The notes below the pieces were generated by a model. That model ran no database searches, was not told the origin of the DNA, and saw only the letters and a program-made list of their open reading frames with translations. Of a stretch of DNA of 64,000 bases, positions 31,540 to 41,158 are shown in pieces; the stretch's first letter is position 1; every line of letters starts with the position of its first letter. The translations under genes and the position numbers were made by a program. The DNA comes from Acidobacteriaceae bacterium (GTDB lineage Bacteria; Acidobacteriota; Terriglobia; Terriglobales; Acidobacteriaceae): contig CBDAQH010000002.1 of assembly GCA_965199145.1 (NCBI GenBank), positions 2,146,012 to 2,210,011 of the forward strand, written 5' to 3'.

Positions 31540-32169
31540 GTGGCACGTTATACCGGACCTGTCTGCCGTCTTTGCCGTCGCGAAGGCATGAAGCTGTTTC
31601 TCAAAGGCACCCGCTGCTTTTCTGACAAGTGTGCCATCGAGAAGCGCAACTTCGCCCCCGGTCAGCACGGCCGCGACCGCAAAGCCAAGATCGTCGGCTA
31701 CGGCCTACAGCTGCGCGAGAAGCAGAAAGCCAAGCGCATCTACTTCGCCCTCGAAGGCCAGTTCCGCGCCTACTACGAGAAGGCTGCCACCGCGACCGGC
31801 GTCACCGGCGAACTGCTGCTTCAGCAGCTTGAGCGCCGTCTCGACAACGTTGCCTACCGCCTTGGCTATGCCAGCTCTCGCCGCCAGGCCCGCCAGATCG
31901 TGCGCCACGGCCACGTTGAAGTCAACGGCCGCAAAGTCAACATCCCGTCCTTCCAGGTTTCCATTGGTGACGAAATCAAGATCCGTCCCAACTCAGAGAA
32001 GCTCACGGTCATCGAGAGTTCGCGCGAGTTTGCCTCGCACCAGCCCGCACCGGTGTGGCTGCAGACCAATCCCACTGAGCTGTCCGGCAAGGTCATCGCC
32101 CTGCCCCGCCGCGAAGATATCCAGCTCCCGGTCAACGAACAGCTGATCGTCGAGCTGTACAGCAAGTAA
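31540..32169 (+). CDS. rpsD: 30S ribosomal protein S4
   Basis: GTG start after GAGGAGAG. 209 aa ([23 protein letters not shown]...). Confidence 0.95.
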   Translation: MARYTGPVCRLCRREGMKLFLKGTRCFSDKCAIEKRNFAPGQHGRDRKAKIVGYGLQLREKQKAKRIYFALEGQFRAYYEKAATATGVTGELLLQQLERRLDNVAYRLGYASSRRQARQIVRHGHVEVNGRKVNIPSFQVSIGDEIKIRPNSEKLTVIESSREFASHQPAPVWLQTNPTELSGKVIALPRREDIQLPVNEQLIVELYSK

Positions 32170-32268
32170 CAGCAAGACCTCCTACGCGGGAGGCGCCCAC
32201 TTCGTGGGGTCTTTACTTTGAGAAGCGGTGCAGGGCTTCACCCTGCAGCGTTTCTCAAACGAGGACCC

Positions 32269-32304
32269 GTCCCGAAGGGACCGCCAGCCGCGCAGGCGGT
32301 TTTG
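32269..32304 (+). repeat. family-C hairpin motif, copy in the rpsD-rpoA spacer (terminator-like)
   Basis: GTCCC-GAA-GGGAC, then core CCGCCAGCCGCGCAGGCGG (32281-32299), then TTTTG. Confidence 0.6.
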
Positions 32305-32373
32305 CCCTCAGCTTCACCGCACCACCGCACGAGCTGAGCAGAATGCCTCGCAGGCCGTGCCAAGGAGAGCACT

Positions 32374-33477
32374 ATGTTGTGGAGAGGTTTCCAGCGCCCC
32401 AAGCGTCTTCAGGTTGACACCGAAACACTCACGGACCGTTACGGCAAGTTCAGCGCGCAGCCCTTTGAGCGCGGCTTCGGCACCACGATCGGCAACGCCC
32501 TGCGCCGCACCCTGCTCAGCTCCATTGAGGGTGCCGCCGTCACCGCCGTTCGGATCGAGGGTGTTCTGCATGAGTTCCAGTCCATCACCGGTGTAGTCGA
32601 GGATGCGACCGATATCATCCTCAATCTCAAGCAGGTTCCATTCAAGCTGAACGGCGAGGGACCCAAGGCCCTGTACATCCGCGTCGATGAGCCCGGCATC
32701 GTGACCTCCGGCATGATCGAGGCCGACGGCGACGTCGAGATCCTCGACCGCGATGTGTATATCGCGACGGTGAGCGAGGGCGGCAAGCTCGACATGGAGA
32801 TGCGTCTCAAGCGCGGCCGCGGCTACATCTCGGCCGACCGCAACTTTGACCAGGATCTCGGCATCGGCTTCATGCCCATCGACTCCGTGCACTCGCCGGT
32901 CCGCAAGGTCAACTACGCCGTCGAGGCAGCGCGTCTCGGTCAGATCACCGACTACGACAAGCTCACCCTTGAGCTCTGGACCAATGGCTCCGTTGTCCCT
33001 GCCGACGCGCTCGGCCTCGCCGCCAAGCTGCTCAAGGACCACATGAGCATCTTCATCAACTTCGAGGAAGAGATTGAGCTCGAAGGCCACATGGATGATG
33101 GCCGCATGCAGCTGCGCAACGACAATCTCAACCGTTCCGTTGAGGAGCTTGAGCTCAGCGTCCGCTCCTACAATTGCCTTAAGAACGCCAACATCCAGTC
33201 CATCGGCGAACTCGTGCAGAAAACCGAAGCGGAGATGCTCAAGACCAAGAACTTCGGTCGCAAGAGCCTCAATGAGATCAAGGAAATCCTCGCGCAGATG
33301 GGCCTCTCTCTCGGCATGAAGATTGACGAGCAGGGCAATGCTGTTCCGGGGCCGACCTCGGTTCTTCCCTCCGCCCAGCTCGCCGCCGGCCAGTACAGCC
33401 GCTTCGACGACGAGGAAGACGAAATCCTCGACGACGAAGGCGATATGTCGCTGCAGAATGAGCCGGAGAACTTTTAA
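32374..33477 (+). CDS. rpoA: DNA-directed RNA polymerase subunit alpha
   Basis: 367 aa. AAGGAGAG lies upstream. N-terminal domain [23 protein letters not shown]-terminal domain [23 protein letters not shown]. Acidic tail. Confidence 0.96.
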   Translation: MLWRGFQRPKRLQVDTETLTDRYGKFSAQPFERGFGTTIGNALRRTLLSSIEGAAVTAVRIEGVLHEFQSITGVVEDATDIILNLKQVPFKLNGEGPKALYIRVDEPGIVTSGMIEADGDVEILDRDVYIATVSEGGKLDMEMRLKRGRGYISADRNFDQDLGIGFMPIDSVHSPVRKVNYAVEAARLGQITDYDKLTLELWTNGSVVPADALGLAAKLLKDHMSIFINFEEEIELEGHMDDGRMQLRNDNLNRSVEELELSVRSYNCLKNANIQSIGELVQKTEAEMLKTKNFGRKSLNEIKEILAQMGLSLGMKIDEQGNAVPGPTSVLPSAQLAAGQYSRFDDEEDEILDDEGDMSLQNEPENF

Positions 33478-33504
33478 CAAGTCGCCGTTGAAGCAAATCG
33501 GGTG

Positions 33505-33531
33505 CCCCACGTCTCGCGTTGAAACGTGGGG
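33505..33531 (+). repeat. family-A hairpin, divergent copy (rpoA-rplQ spacer)
   Basis: CCCCACGTCTC-GCGTT-GAAACGTGGGG. Relative to the canonical CCCCAGGTCTC/GAGACCTGGGG, a G-C pair is swapped to C-G (compensatory). Confidence 0.5.
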
Positions 33532-33567
33532 TTCTCCGCACAAGTTCGAAACAAAAGAGAGACCGCC

Positions 33568-34053
33568 ATGCGCCATCGCAAAGCAGGATTTAAACTCGGA
33601 CGCAAGACCCCGCATCGTCGCGCGCTGCTGCGCAACCTGACCACGTCCATCCTTATGGAAGATCGCGTCGAAACCACGCTCACCAAGGCCAAGGCCGTTC
33701 GCCCGCTCGTCGAGAAGATGATCACCCTCGGCAAGCGCGGCGACCTCCACGCCCGCCGTCAGGCGCTCGCCTTCATGATGACCCGTGAGTCAGTCAGCCG
33801 CCTCTTTGACACCGTCGCCCCCCGCTACGGCGAGCGCAACGGCGGCTATCTCCGCATCGTTCGCACCGGCTTCCGCAAGGGTGATGGCGGCGAAACTGCA
33901 CTCATCGAGCTTCTCGGCGCCGAGCAGGTCCTCGACGAAAAGCGCCAGAAGCGTGCCGAAGCTCGCGAAAAACGCCGCGCCGAGATGCAGGAAGCCCTTG
34001 CCGCCAACGGTCCTACCCCCGGCACCGAAGGCGAAGAGCCCCAGCAGTCCTAA
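33568..34053 (+). CDS. rplQ: 50S ribosomal protein L17 with acidic C-terminal extension
   Basis: Track ORF trimmed to ATG 33568 (MRHRKAGFKLGRKTPHRRALLRNL). Confidence 0.93.
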   Translation: MRHRKAGFKLGRKTPHRRALLRNLTTSILMEDRVETTLTKAKAVRPLVEKMITLGKRGDLHARRQALAFMMTRESVSRLFDTVAPRYGERNGGYLRIVRTGFRKGDGGETALIELLGAEQVLDEKRQKRAEAREKRRAEMQEALAANGPTPGTEGEEPQQS

Positions 34054-34068
34054 CGGGCCGCGGAAGAA

Positions 34069-34110
34069 GGGAAGCGGCTTCCTGCGATCTGCGGCAGGGA
34101 GCCGCTTCCC
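34069..34110 (+). terminator. long GC-rich hairpin after rplQ (end of the alpha operon)
   Basis: GGGAAGCGGC (34069-34078) pairs with GCCGCTTCCC (34101-34110), with an inner CCTGC/GCAGG pairing. No clear U tract follows. Confidence 0.5.
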
Positions 34111-34221
34111 GTACTGCCCCACCACCCCTTGCTACAATCAGGCGAAGGCTGCGCCAAGCCCGTGATCGCGAACTCGTTCTTGTGCGAGGGCGCATCGCCT
34201 CGCAGGCGCGGACACTTCACC

Positions 34222-35748
34222 ATGATTGAACACCCGATCCCCGAAGCACTCACCTTTGACGATGTTCTGCTCGTCCCCGCCTTCTCCGAAGTGGTTCCCA
34301 CTCAGGTCACCACGCAGACGCGCCTCACCCGCCGCATCACCCTCAACACACCCCTGCTTTCCGCGGCGATGGACACCGTCACTGAGTCGCGGCTGGCTAT
34401 TGCCATGGCGCAGCAGGGCGGCCTCGGCGTCATCCACCGCAATCTTTCCGTAGAGCAGCAGGCTTCTGAGATCGACAAGGTCAAGCGCTCAGAAAGCGGC
34501 ATGATCGTCGATCCCGTCACGATCGCGCCCGAGCAGCTCATCCATGACGCTCTCGAGGTCATGCGCCGCTACAAGATCTCCGGTGTCCCCGTCACGCAGG
34601 GCAAGCGCCTCGTCGGCATCCTCACCAACCGCGACCTGCGCTTTGAGACCCGCACCGACATCCCCGTCTCCGATGTCATGACCAAGAAGGACCTCATCAC
34701 GGTCCCGGTCGGCACCACGCTCGAGGATGCGGAAGAGATCCTGCATCAGCACCGGGTCGAGAAGCTGCTGGTTGTCAATGACGCCTACGAGCTCAAAGGC
34801 CTCATCACCGTCAAAGACATCCAGAAGAAGCTCAAATACCCCAACGCGTCCAAGGACGAGCAGGGCCGCCTTCGCGTGGGCGCGGCCATCGGCGCCACCG
34901 GCGACTACCTGGAGCGCGCGGCCGAGCTGGTCCGCAACCGCTGCGACGCCCTCTCCATCGACTCCGCGCATGGCCACTCCTCTCGCGTGATCGAGGCGGT
35001 GCGCGAGATGAAGAAGCACTTTCCCGAGGTCGACTTGCTCGCCGGCAACGTCGCCACCTATGAAGGCGCGCTCGCGCTCATGGAAGCAGGTGCTGACGGG
35101 GTCAAGGTCGGCATCGGCCCCGGCTCCATCTGCACCACCCGCATGGTCACCGGTGCCGGCATGCCGCAGATCACCGCGATCTCTGAAGCCTACCGTGCAG
35201 GTCGCGAGCGCGATATCCCGGTTATCGCCGATGGCGGTATCAAGTACTCGGGCGACCTCACCAAAGCCATCGCCGCCGGCGCCAACGCCATCATGATCGG
35301 CAGCCTCTTTGCCGGTGTCGATGAGAGCCCTGGCGAAACCATCCTCTACCAGGGCCGCAGCTTCAAAGCCTACCGCGGCATGGGCTCGCTCTCTGCGATG
35401 GCGCAGGGCTCAGGCGAGCGCTACTTCCAGAGTTCGCGTGACCTTGAAGGCGGCACCACGGCCCGCTCCGAAGGTGTCGTCGAGCTCGAACGCGCCGGGC
35501 AAAACCGCCTCGCCAAGTTTGTCCCCGAGGGCATTGAAGGCCGTGTCCCGCACCGCGGCCCGCTCGAGGCGATGGTGCACCAGCTCGTCGGCGGCCTACG
35601 CTCCGGCATGGGCTACCTGGGCTGCGCCTCCATTGAGGAGCTCAAGCAGAACGGCCGCTTCGTCCGCATCTCCGGCGCCGGCCTGCGCGAAAGCCACGTC
35701 CATGACGTCATCATCACCCGCGAAGCCCCCAACTACCACGTCGAATAG
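34222..35748 (+). CDS. guaB: IMP dehydrogenase
   Basis: Track ORF trimmed to ATG 34222 ([19 protein letters not shown]). CBS pair region. Catalytic loop [14 protein letters not shown]. Confidence 0.95.
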   Translation: MIEHPIPEALTFDDVLLVPAFSEVVPTQVTTQTRLTRRITLNTPLLSAAMDTVTESRLAIAMAQQGGLGVIHRNLSVEQQASEIDKVKRSESGMIVDPVTIAPEQLIHDALEVMRRYKISGVPVTQGKRLVGILTNRDLRFETRTDIPVSDVMTKKDLITVPVGTTLEDAEEILHQHRVEKLLVVNDAYELKGLITVKDIQKKLKYPNASKDEQGRLRVGAAIGATGDYLERAAELVRNRCDALSIDSAHGHSSRVIEAVREMKKHFPEVDLLAGNVATYEGALALMEAGADGVKVGIGPGSICTTRMVTGAGMPQITAISEAYRAGRERDIPVIADGGIKYSGDLTKAIAAGANAIMIGSLFAGVDESPGETILYQGRSFKAYRGMGSLSAMAQGSGERYFQSSRDLEGGTTARSEGVVELERAGQNRLAKFVPEGIEGRVPHRGPLEAMVHQLVGGLRSGMGYLGCASIEELKQNGRFVRISGAGLRESHVHDVIITREAPNYHVE

Positions 35749-35794
35749 CCCTCGTGCGATGGAAGGAAGCTCACGCCCGGAGACAGCCCGGGCG

Positions 35795-35822
35795 CCCCAG
35801 GTCTCGCCTCAGAGACCTGGGG
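35795..35822 (+). repeat. family-A hairpin repeat
   Basis: CCCCAGGTCTC (35795-35805), loop GCCTCA, GAGACCTGGGG (35812-35822). A degenerate B-like tail lies about 80 nt downstream. Confidence 0.7.
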
Positions 35823-35996
35823 CAATCGCACTCCCGCTACGCTCCCAGTCCATAAGACACTCGCGAGCCCCATAAAAGAATGAAAGAGCGAAGGGTTGAA
35901 GCGGTCAAGCCAAGGCGGCCTCGCGAGCGCGACTTTTACTCCACCCGCAGCGTCCAAGCGAGCATTCCGGTGCGCTATCCCGGTTAGAGAACACGC

Positions 35997-37658
35997 ATGT
36001 GCACGAGCCGCACCAGACCCATCACCGAACCAGACCATCGCGCGTCGCGCAGCGGGTCCATACTCTTGCTTCTGCTCTTAGCCTCTCTCCCCGCATCGCT
36101 GCTCGCACAAACAACCACCCTCCACGGCACCGTACTCGACGCAACCACAGGCCGCCCCATCGCACGGGTGCTGGTTGAGCCGCCCGGTGTGGGCCAGGGT
36201 GTCTTGACGGACAATGCGGGCCGGTTTGCCCTGCCTGTCGAAACAGGCACCGTCCAGCTCCGCTACCGGCGCCCCGGCTACTTTGACCCAGTCTCCCAGG
36301 GGGCAGAGTCGTCCCAACAGATCACGGCAGCAGCCGACACACCGGACCAGACCCTTCTGCTCGAAGCAGCGGCTACTCTGCGGGGCTCGGTGCTTCTGCC
36401 GGAAGGCGACTCGCCCGCCGGACTGCGTGTGGATCTTTACCAGGCGCACGTCATTGACGGTCGGAGGCACTGGAACCTTCTACAGACGCAACCGGTGCGA
36501 AGCGACGGCAGCTTCGCTTTCGAAGACCTCCCGGCCGGCAACTACCTTCTACATACCCAGGCCTCCATGGATCCCCTCGCAGCCCCGTTTGCGAAGCCCG
36601 CCACAAACCCGGATACTCCACCCACTCTCCGCTCCGGCTACGCTCCGGTCTTTGCTCCCGATGCAGGCGAGATCAGCGCCGCCACCGTCTACACCCTGCA
36701 GCCCGGGCAAACCGCCGACGCGCGTCTGCGCATCAATCGGGTCACCTTTTACCCCGTCAGCATCCACGTCGCGGGGGATACGCCGGTGCGGAGCTTGCAG
36801 GTCACCGGCAATGGCTTCACGGGCCTCAATGCCCGCTACTCGCGTCAGGATGAGGCAGCCACTATCGATCTGCCTAGCGGACGCTACCTCCTCCGCACCG
36901 CAGGAGGCGGCGGCGGAGACCGGCAGGCCGGCATGGGCGAGCTGCCCTTCCACGTGGACGGTGCGCCAGTCCAGGGCCTGTCACTCACCGTGGCACCGGC
37001 CGCGCTCAGCACCCTCCTCACAACAGTAGCCGCGGAAGGCGCAGCGACCGGCACGGGAGCTGCGCCCAGACTCTCCTTGCTCACTTTCATTTCAGCAATC
37101 GCCCCGGAACAGCCTGTGCTGTATGTCCCCATTCAAACCGACCAGAACGATGAAGCGACCGGCACAGCCATGCTCACGCGCTCCCTGCCCCCGGGTCAGT
37201 ACTGGGTCAGCGCGGTCGCCAGCGGCGGCTACGTCGCAGCGCTTGAAAGCGGCGGGACCGATCTCCTGCGCGCACCGCTGACAATCGCCGCAGGCGGCCC
37301 GCCGCAGTTCACGGCAACCCTCCGGCAGGACAGCGGCTCGCTCGCCGTCACCCGCTCCGGCGATCTGCTCAGCCGCCCGGGCGTCATCCAGCTCTTGCCG
37401 CTCTCGCCCGGCAGCCGCTACCAGGCCTCCACCGGCTCCACCTCTGGCGATACGGGCGCGCCTGTCCAGTTCGGCAATCTCCCACCCGGCGAATACCTGG
37501 TCCTGGCAACGAGCTCATTCACAGCCATTGCCTTCCGCGAGCCCGGAGCGCTCGGGCAGCTCAAAGGCCAGCGCGTCACCGTCACCCCCGGCGCAACAAC
37601 CCCGGTCACGCTGTCGAACCTTTCCACCGTGCCGCTCAGCCTCACGGGACTGCCGTGA
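35997..37658 (+). CDS. secreted carboxypeptidase-regulatory-like (CarboxypepD_reg) repeat protein
   Basis: 553 aa with a signal-like ILLLLLLASLPASLLAQ. Motif GTVLDATTGRPIARVLV...TDNAGRFALPVETGTVQLRYRRPGY. The start codon is uncertain. Confidence 0.7.
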   Translation: MCTSRTRPITEPDHRASRSGSILLLLLLASLPASLLAQTTTLHGTVLDATTGRPIARVLVEPPGVGQGVLTDNAGRFALPVETGTVQLRYRRPGYFDPVSQGAESSQQITAAADTPDQTLLLEAAATLRGSVLLPEGDSPAGLRVDLYQAHVIDGRRHWNLLQTQPVRSDGSFAFEDLPAGNYLLHTQASMDPLAAPFAKPATNPDTPPTLRSGYAPVFAPDAGEISAATVYTLQPGQTADARLRINRVTFYPVSIHVAGDTPVRSLQVTGNGFTGLNARYSRQDEAATIDLPSGRYLLRTAGGGGGDRQAGMGELPFHVDGAPVQGLSLTVAPAALSTLLTTVAAEGAATGTGAAPRLSLLTFISAIAPEQPVLYVPIQTDQNDEATGTAMLTRSLPPGQYWVSAVASGGYVAALESGGTDLLRAPLTIAAGGPPQFTATLRQDSGSLAVTRSGDLLSRPGVIQLLPLSPGSRYQASTGSTSGDTGAPVQFGNLPPGEYLVLATSSFTAIAFREPGALGQLKGQRVTVTPGATTPVTLSNLSTVPLSLTGLP

Positions 37659-39457
37659 AGACCCCCCTGCTCCTCGCCTGCGCGCTTCTTCTCGTTCCAA
37701 GGCCCATGGCTCTCGCCGAGGGCTTTGCTCCCCGAGGGTTTGCCGTCGAAGGCCGCATCGTCGACGCCCTTACCGGCCGGCCGCTCGCACGCGCAAGCGT
37801 CAGCCTGCGCCCCGCCGGCGAAGATGCGCAGGCGCGCCCCGACGAGCTGCGAGGTCCAAGCTCCGGGTTAGCTTCCGGCTTAGGCTCCGGGTCAGGGAAC
37901 AGGCCTGCATCAACGCAGCAACCGCCTTCCGAAACCACCGGCAGCGACGGAACCTTCCACTTCTCCTCCATCCCCGCAGGCCGGTACCGGCTCTCCGCCA
38001 CCCGGCGAGGCTACCTGCCCGGCGCGCTGGAGCAGCATGGCAACTTCTACGCCGCCGTGGTCGTCGGTCCCAGTACAGCTGGCACAGGCCCCATCCGCTT
38101 CGCTCTCCAGCCTCTAGCCACCATCAGCGGCACGGTGCTCGACAGCTCGGGCGACCCCGTGCTGGGCGCAACCGTCAGCCTCTTCGCCGAAAGCCCGGAT
38201 GGCACAGGCGAGATCCGCCTGCGCCAGACCGCCTCGCTCACCCGCGGCAGCGCCGAGTACGAGTTCGCAAACCTTCAGCCCGGCACCTACTATCTCGCCG
38301 CCGCAGCGCGCCCCTGGTTTGCTGAAAGCAAGACCGACACCAACACCCCAAATGCTCTCGACGTCGCCTACCCCGTCACCTTCTTTGACGGAGCCGACCG
38401 CGCCAGCGCAGCCCAGCCCCTCACCGTCAAGGCCGGGGATGCCGTCCAGGCCAACTTCTCCCTGCGCGCCGTGCCCGCCGTCCACCTCACCGTGCCGCCG
38501 TCCGGCACCGGCAACCGCAACGCCCTCCCCGACCTCAGCGCACCGGCCTTCGGCACCTCCATCCCCGTCAACCTCGGCCAGGCTCTCGGCCGAACCGCCT
38601 TTGGAGGCGAGGGCTCCGGCCCAACCGTCACCTTCTCCGTCGCGCCCGGCACCTACCAGGTACGCCAGGGCGGCGCCACGGGCACCGTGCAGGCAAGCAG
38701 CGATACAGAACTCACCGCCGGTTCGTCTGCCGTCAAGCTCTCGGCGCGCGTCGGGATGGCCGATGGTTCTGCGCTGCCGGCAAGCTCGACCCTGCGGCTG
38801 ATCCCCGAAGTCGGTTTCGGAGGCAACGCCGGTGGCCGCTTCGGAGGAGTCTTCGACGGAGCACCGGTGCCAAACGGCAACCGCGGTGACCCCGGCAGTG
38901 AGCCGCCGCGCGGCGGCTTCTTCGGCGCCCGTCCGCTCGAGCTCCGCCTCGGTGCCGATGGCGTCGCATCTCTCGATGCCGTACCGGCAGGCAACTACCG
39001 CCTCAGCGTCACCCTGCCCGGATTGCGCGACGCTCTGGTGGAAGACGGAGCCGCCAGCGGTGCCCAGCTCAGCACCCAAACCCGCGACTTGCTCCTGCGC
39101 GTCGGCGCGGATCCAGTCCTGCTCGCCGTCACAGTCGGGGTGGCCAGCGGCACAGCCTCAGGCCGCGTCGTAGGCCCGGGCGGCCGCCCGGAGAGTGGCG
39201 TGATGGTGCTGCTCATGCCCTCTGGCCCCGGCCCCGCCGCCCTCTTCCGCGCCGGCGAAAGCGACTCCGACGGCACCTGGACCATCCACGACGTGGTGCC
39301 CGGCAGCTACACCGCCGTTGCCATCCGGGACGGATGGGACCTCGCTTGGACCCGCGCCGACACCATGCGGCGCTACCTGCCGGGCGGCCAGGCCATCACA
39401 GTAGGCGCAGGCACCGCGCCCGCTCTCGCACAGCCGCTCGTCGCCCAAGCCCGCTGA
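37655..39457 (+). CDS. secreted carboxypeptidase-regulatory-like repeat protein (paralogous neighbour)
   Basis: 600 aa. Its GTG start overlaps the previous stop (GTGA). Signal MKTPLLLACALLLVPRPMALA. Repeated modules G.V.D..G.P...A.V and GTWTIHDVVPGSY. Confidence 0.7.
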   Translation: MKTPLLLACALLLVPRPMALAEGFAPRGFAVEGRIVDALTGRPLARASVSLRPAGEDAQARPDELRGPSSGLASGLGSGSGNRPASTQQPPSETTGSDGTFHFSSIPAGRYRLSATRRGYLPGALEQHGNFYAAVVVGPSTAGTGPIRFALQPLATISGTVLDSSGDPVLGATVSLFAESPDGTGEIRLRQTASLTRGSAEYEFANLQPGTYYLAAAARPWFAESKTDTNTPNALDVAYPVTFFDGADRASAAQPLTVKAGDAVQANFSLRAVPAVHLTVPPSGTGNRNALPDLSAPAFGTSIPVNLGQALGRTAFGGEGSGPTVTFSVAPGTYQVRQGGATGTVQASSDTELTAGSSAVKLSARVGMADGSALPASSTLRLIPEVGFGGNAGGRFGGVFDGAPVPNGNRGDPGSEPPRGGFFGARPLELRLGADGVASLDAVPAGNYRLSVTLPGLRDALVEDGAASGAQLSTQTRDLLLRVGADPVLLAVTVGVASGTASGRVVGPGGRPESGVMVLLMPSGPGPAALFRAGESDSDGTWTIHDVVPGSYTAVAIRDGWDLAWTRADTMRRYLPGGQAITVGAGTAPALAQPLVAQAR

Positions 39458-39519
39458 CACCTCGCACTCGCATCCCCACGGTCGCATAGCACCAAACGCC
39501 CCCGAAACAGCCCCGCCGG

Positions 39520-40968
39520 GTGTACCCTCCTCTCGTGAAGTCCCAAGCCAAAAAAGACGACGTCGAAACACTCGAGCTCGACGGCTATCAGGTGCAGGTC
39601 ACCCACCCGGATAAGCCCTACTTCACCCAGGAGGCGCAGCTCTCCAAGCTCGACCTCGTCCGCTACTATCTCGCCGTTGCCCCCGGCGCCCTGCGTGGCA
39701 TGGCCGACCGCCCGCTGGTGCTCAAGCGCTTTGTCGGGGGCGCCCACGCTGAGCCCTTCTACCAAAAGCGCGCCCCCTCCGAGCGCCCGCCCTGGCTCCG
39801 CACCGTCACGCTCAATTTTCCTTCCGGCCGTACCGCCGAAGAAGTCGTGATCGAGAACACCGCCGGCCTCATCTGGACCGTCAATATGGGCTCCTTTGAG
39901 CTCCATCCCCATCCCGTCCGCGCCGCCGACCTTGACCATCCCGACGAGCTCCGCATCGACCTCGATCCCGGCCCCGGCGTCCCCTGGGAGTCCGTGCGCG
40001 CTGTCGCAGCCGAAGCCCGCTCTGTGCTCGAGGAGGCCGGCCTGCAAGGCTGGCCCAAAACCAGTGGCTCCCGCGGCATGCACATCAATGTCCGCATCCA
40101 GCCTCTCTGGAGCTTTACCGAGGTTCGCCGCGCCGCCCTCGCTCTTGCCCGCGCCGTCGAGCGCCGCGCCCCCTCCCTCGCCACCTCCAAGTGGTGGAAG
40201 GAAGAGCGCCACGGCGTCTTTCTCGACTACAACCAGAACGCAAAAGACCGCACCACCTGCTCCGCCTATTCCATCCGCCCCCTGCCCGACGCCCGCGTCT
40301 CCACCCCGCTCGACTGGGATGAGGTCCCGCTCTGCAACCCGTCTGACTTCACCGTCGCTACGGTGCCCGCCCGCTTCGCCGCACTCGGCGATCCCCACTC
40401 TGCCATCGACCGGAACCCTGGCTCACTCGAAGCTCTGCTCGCCCTGGCTGACCGGGATGAAGCCGACGGGCTCGGCGACGCCCCCTGGCCACCCCACTTC
40501 CGCAAAATGGAAGGCGAAGCCCCGCGCGTCAGCCCCTCCCGAGCCCGCTCGGCTGCCAAAAAGGCCGCACCCGCGAAAGCAGGCACTACCCACTCCGAAG
40601 GCGAGCAAACCGCCGGAGGGAACACCATTACCCCTGCCGGCGGTGAAGCTGCACAAGCACCCGTGACCCGCAAGCCGCGCGCCGGCACAATGCCGCTGCT
40701 TACCATCAGCCACTCACCTGACCGCGAAGCCGCCCTCGCCGGCCTCGAGCGCTGGAAACTTCGCTACCCCGAAGCCGCCGCCCTGCTCGCCATCGACGAC
40801 ATCCTCATCGACCGCATGCGCGGCTCCGCCTACGTCTGGACCCGCATCCGCGTCAACCTGCGCCACGTCCCCGAAGCCGCCCGCCCTCCGCAACAAACCC
40901 CGGATCCCGACGACGACCCCACCCGCGGCAACCCAACCAAGCCCCGCACCCGCAAGCCCCAAGCCTGA
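39520..40968 (+). CDS. stand-alone LigD-type NHEJ polymerase/primase (AEP) domain protein with about 190-aa C-terminal extension
   Basis: 482 aa. LELDGYQVQVTHPDKPYF...ELHPHP...DELRIDLDPGPG...WPKTSGSRGMHINVRI matches LigD PolDom motifs. The start may instead be GTG 39535. Confidence 0.85.
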   Translation: MYPPLVKSQAKKDDVETLELDGYQVQVTHPDKPYFTQEAQLSKLDLVRYYLAVAPGALRGMADRPLVLKRFVGGAHAEPFYQKRAPSERPPWLRTVTLNFPSGRTAEEVVIENTAGLIWTVNMGSFELHPHPVRAADLDHPDELRIDLDPGPGVPWESVRAVAAEARSVLEEAGLQGWPKTSGSRGMHINVRIQPLWSFTEVRRAALALARAVERRAPSLATSKWWKEERHGVFLDYNQNAKDRTTCSAYSIRPLPDARVSTPLDWDEVPLCNPSDFTVATVPARFAALGDPHSAIDRNPGSLEALLALADRDEADGLGDAPWPPHFRKMEGEAPRVSPSRARSAAKKAAPAKAGTTHSEGEQTAGGNTITPAGGEAAQAPVTRKPRAGTMPLLTISHSPDREAALAGLERWKLRYPEAAALLAIDDILIDRMRGSAYVWTRIRVNLRHVPEAARPPQQTPDPDDDPTRGNPTKPRTRKPQA

Positions 40969-41158
40969 CGCACAACGCCGGCCGAATCGTAACGAGCCGC
41001 GTACACAGGGTGACGAACCAGAACAGTCACTGGAACTCCTTCAACCCACGCCGTAACTTCTAAAAAGCGATCCTCCTCTGGTCGCACCTCACTCCATAGA
41101 AGAAAGCAGCCCACACCTTCTCCGTATCTCGCAGGTGCGGAGCTGCCTGGGTGTCCTC

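Noticed and set aside
32314-33750. 478-aa minus-strand ORF
   Set aside because: It is antisense to rpoA and rplQ, with no start context. High-GC artefact.
34133-34138. TACAAT as a guaB promoter -10 element
   Set aside because: There is no acceptable -35 hexamer at 16-18 bp spacing, so the evidence is too weak to list.
38114-40398. Minus-strand ORFs 38114..39079 and 39373..40398
   Set aside because: They are antisense to the CarboxypepD_reg and LigD-Pol genes. High-GC artefacts.
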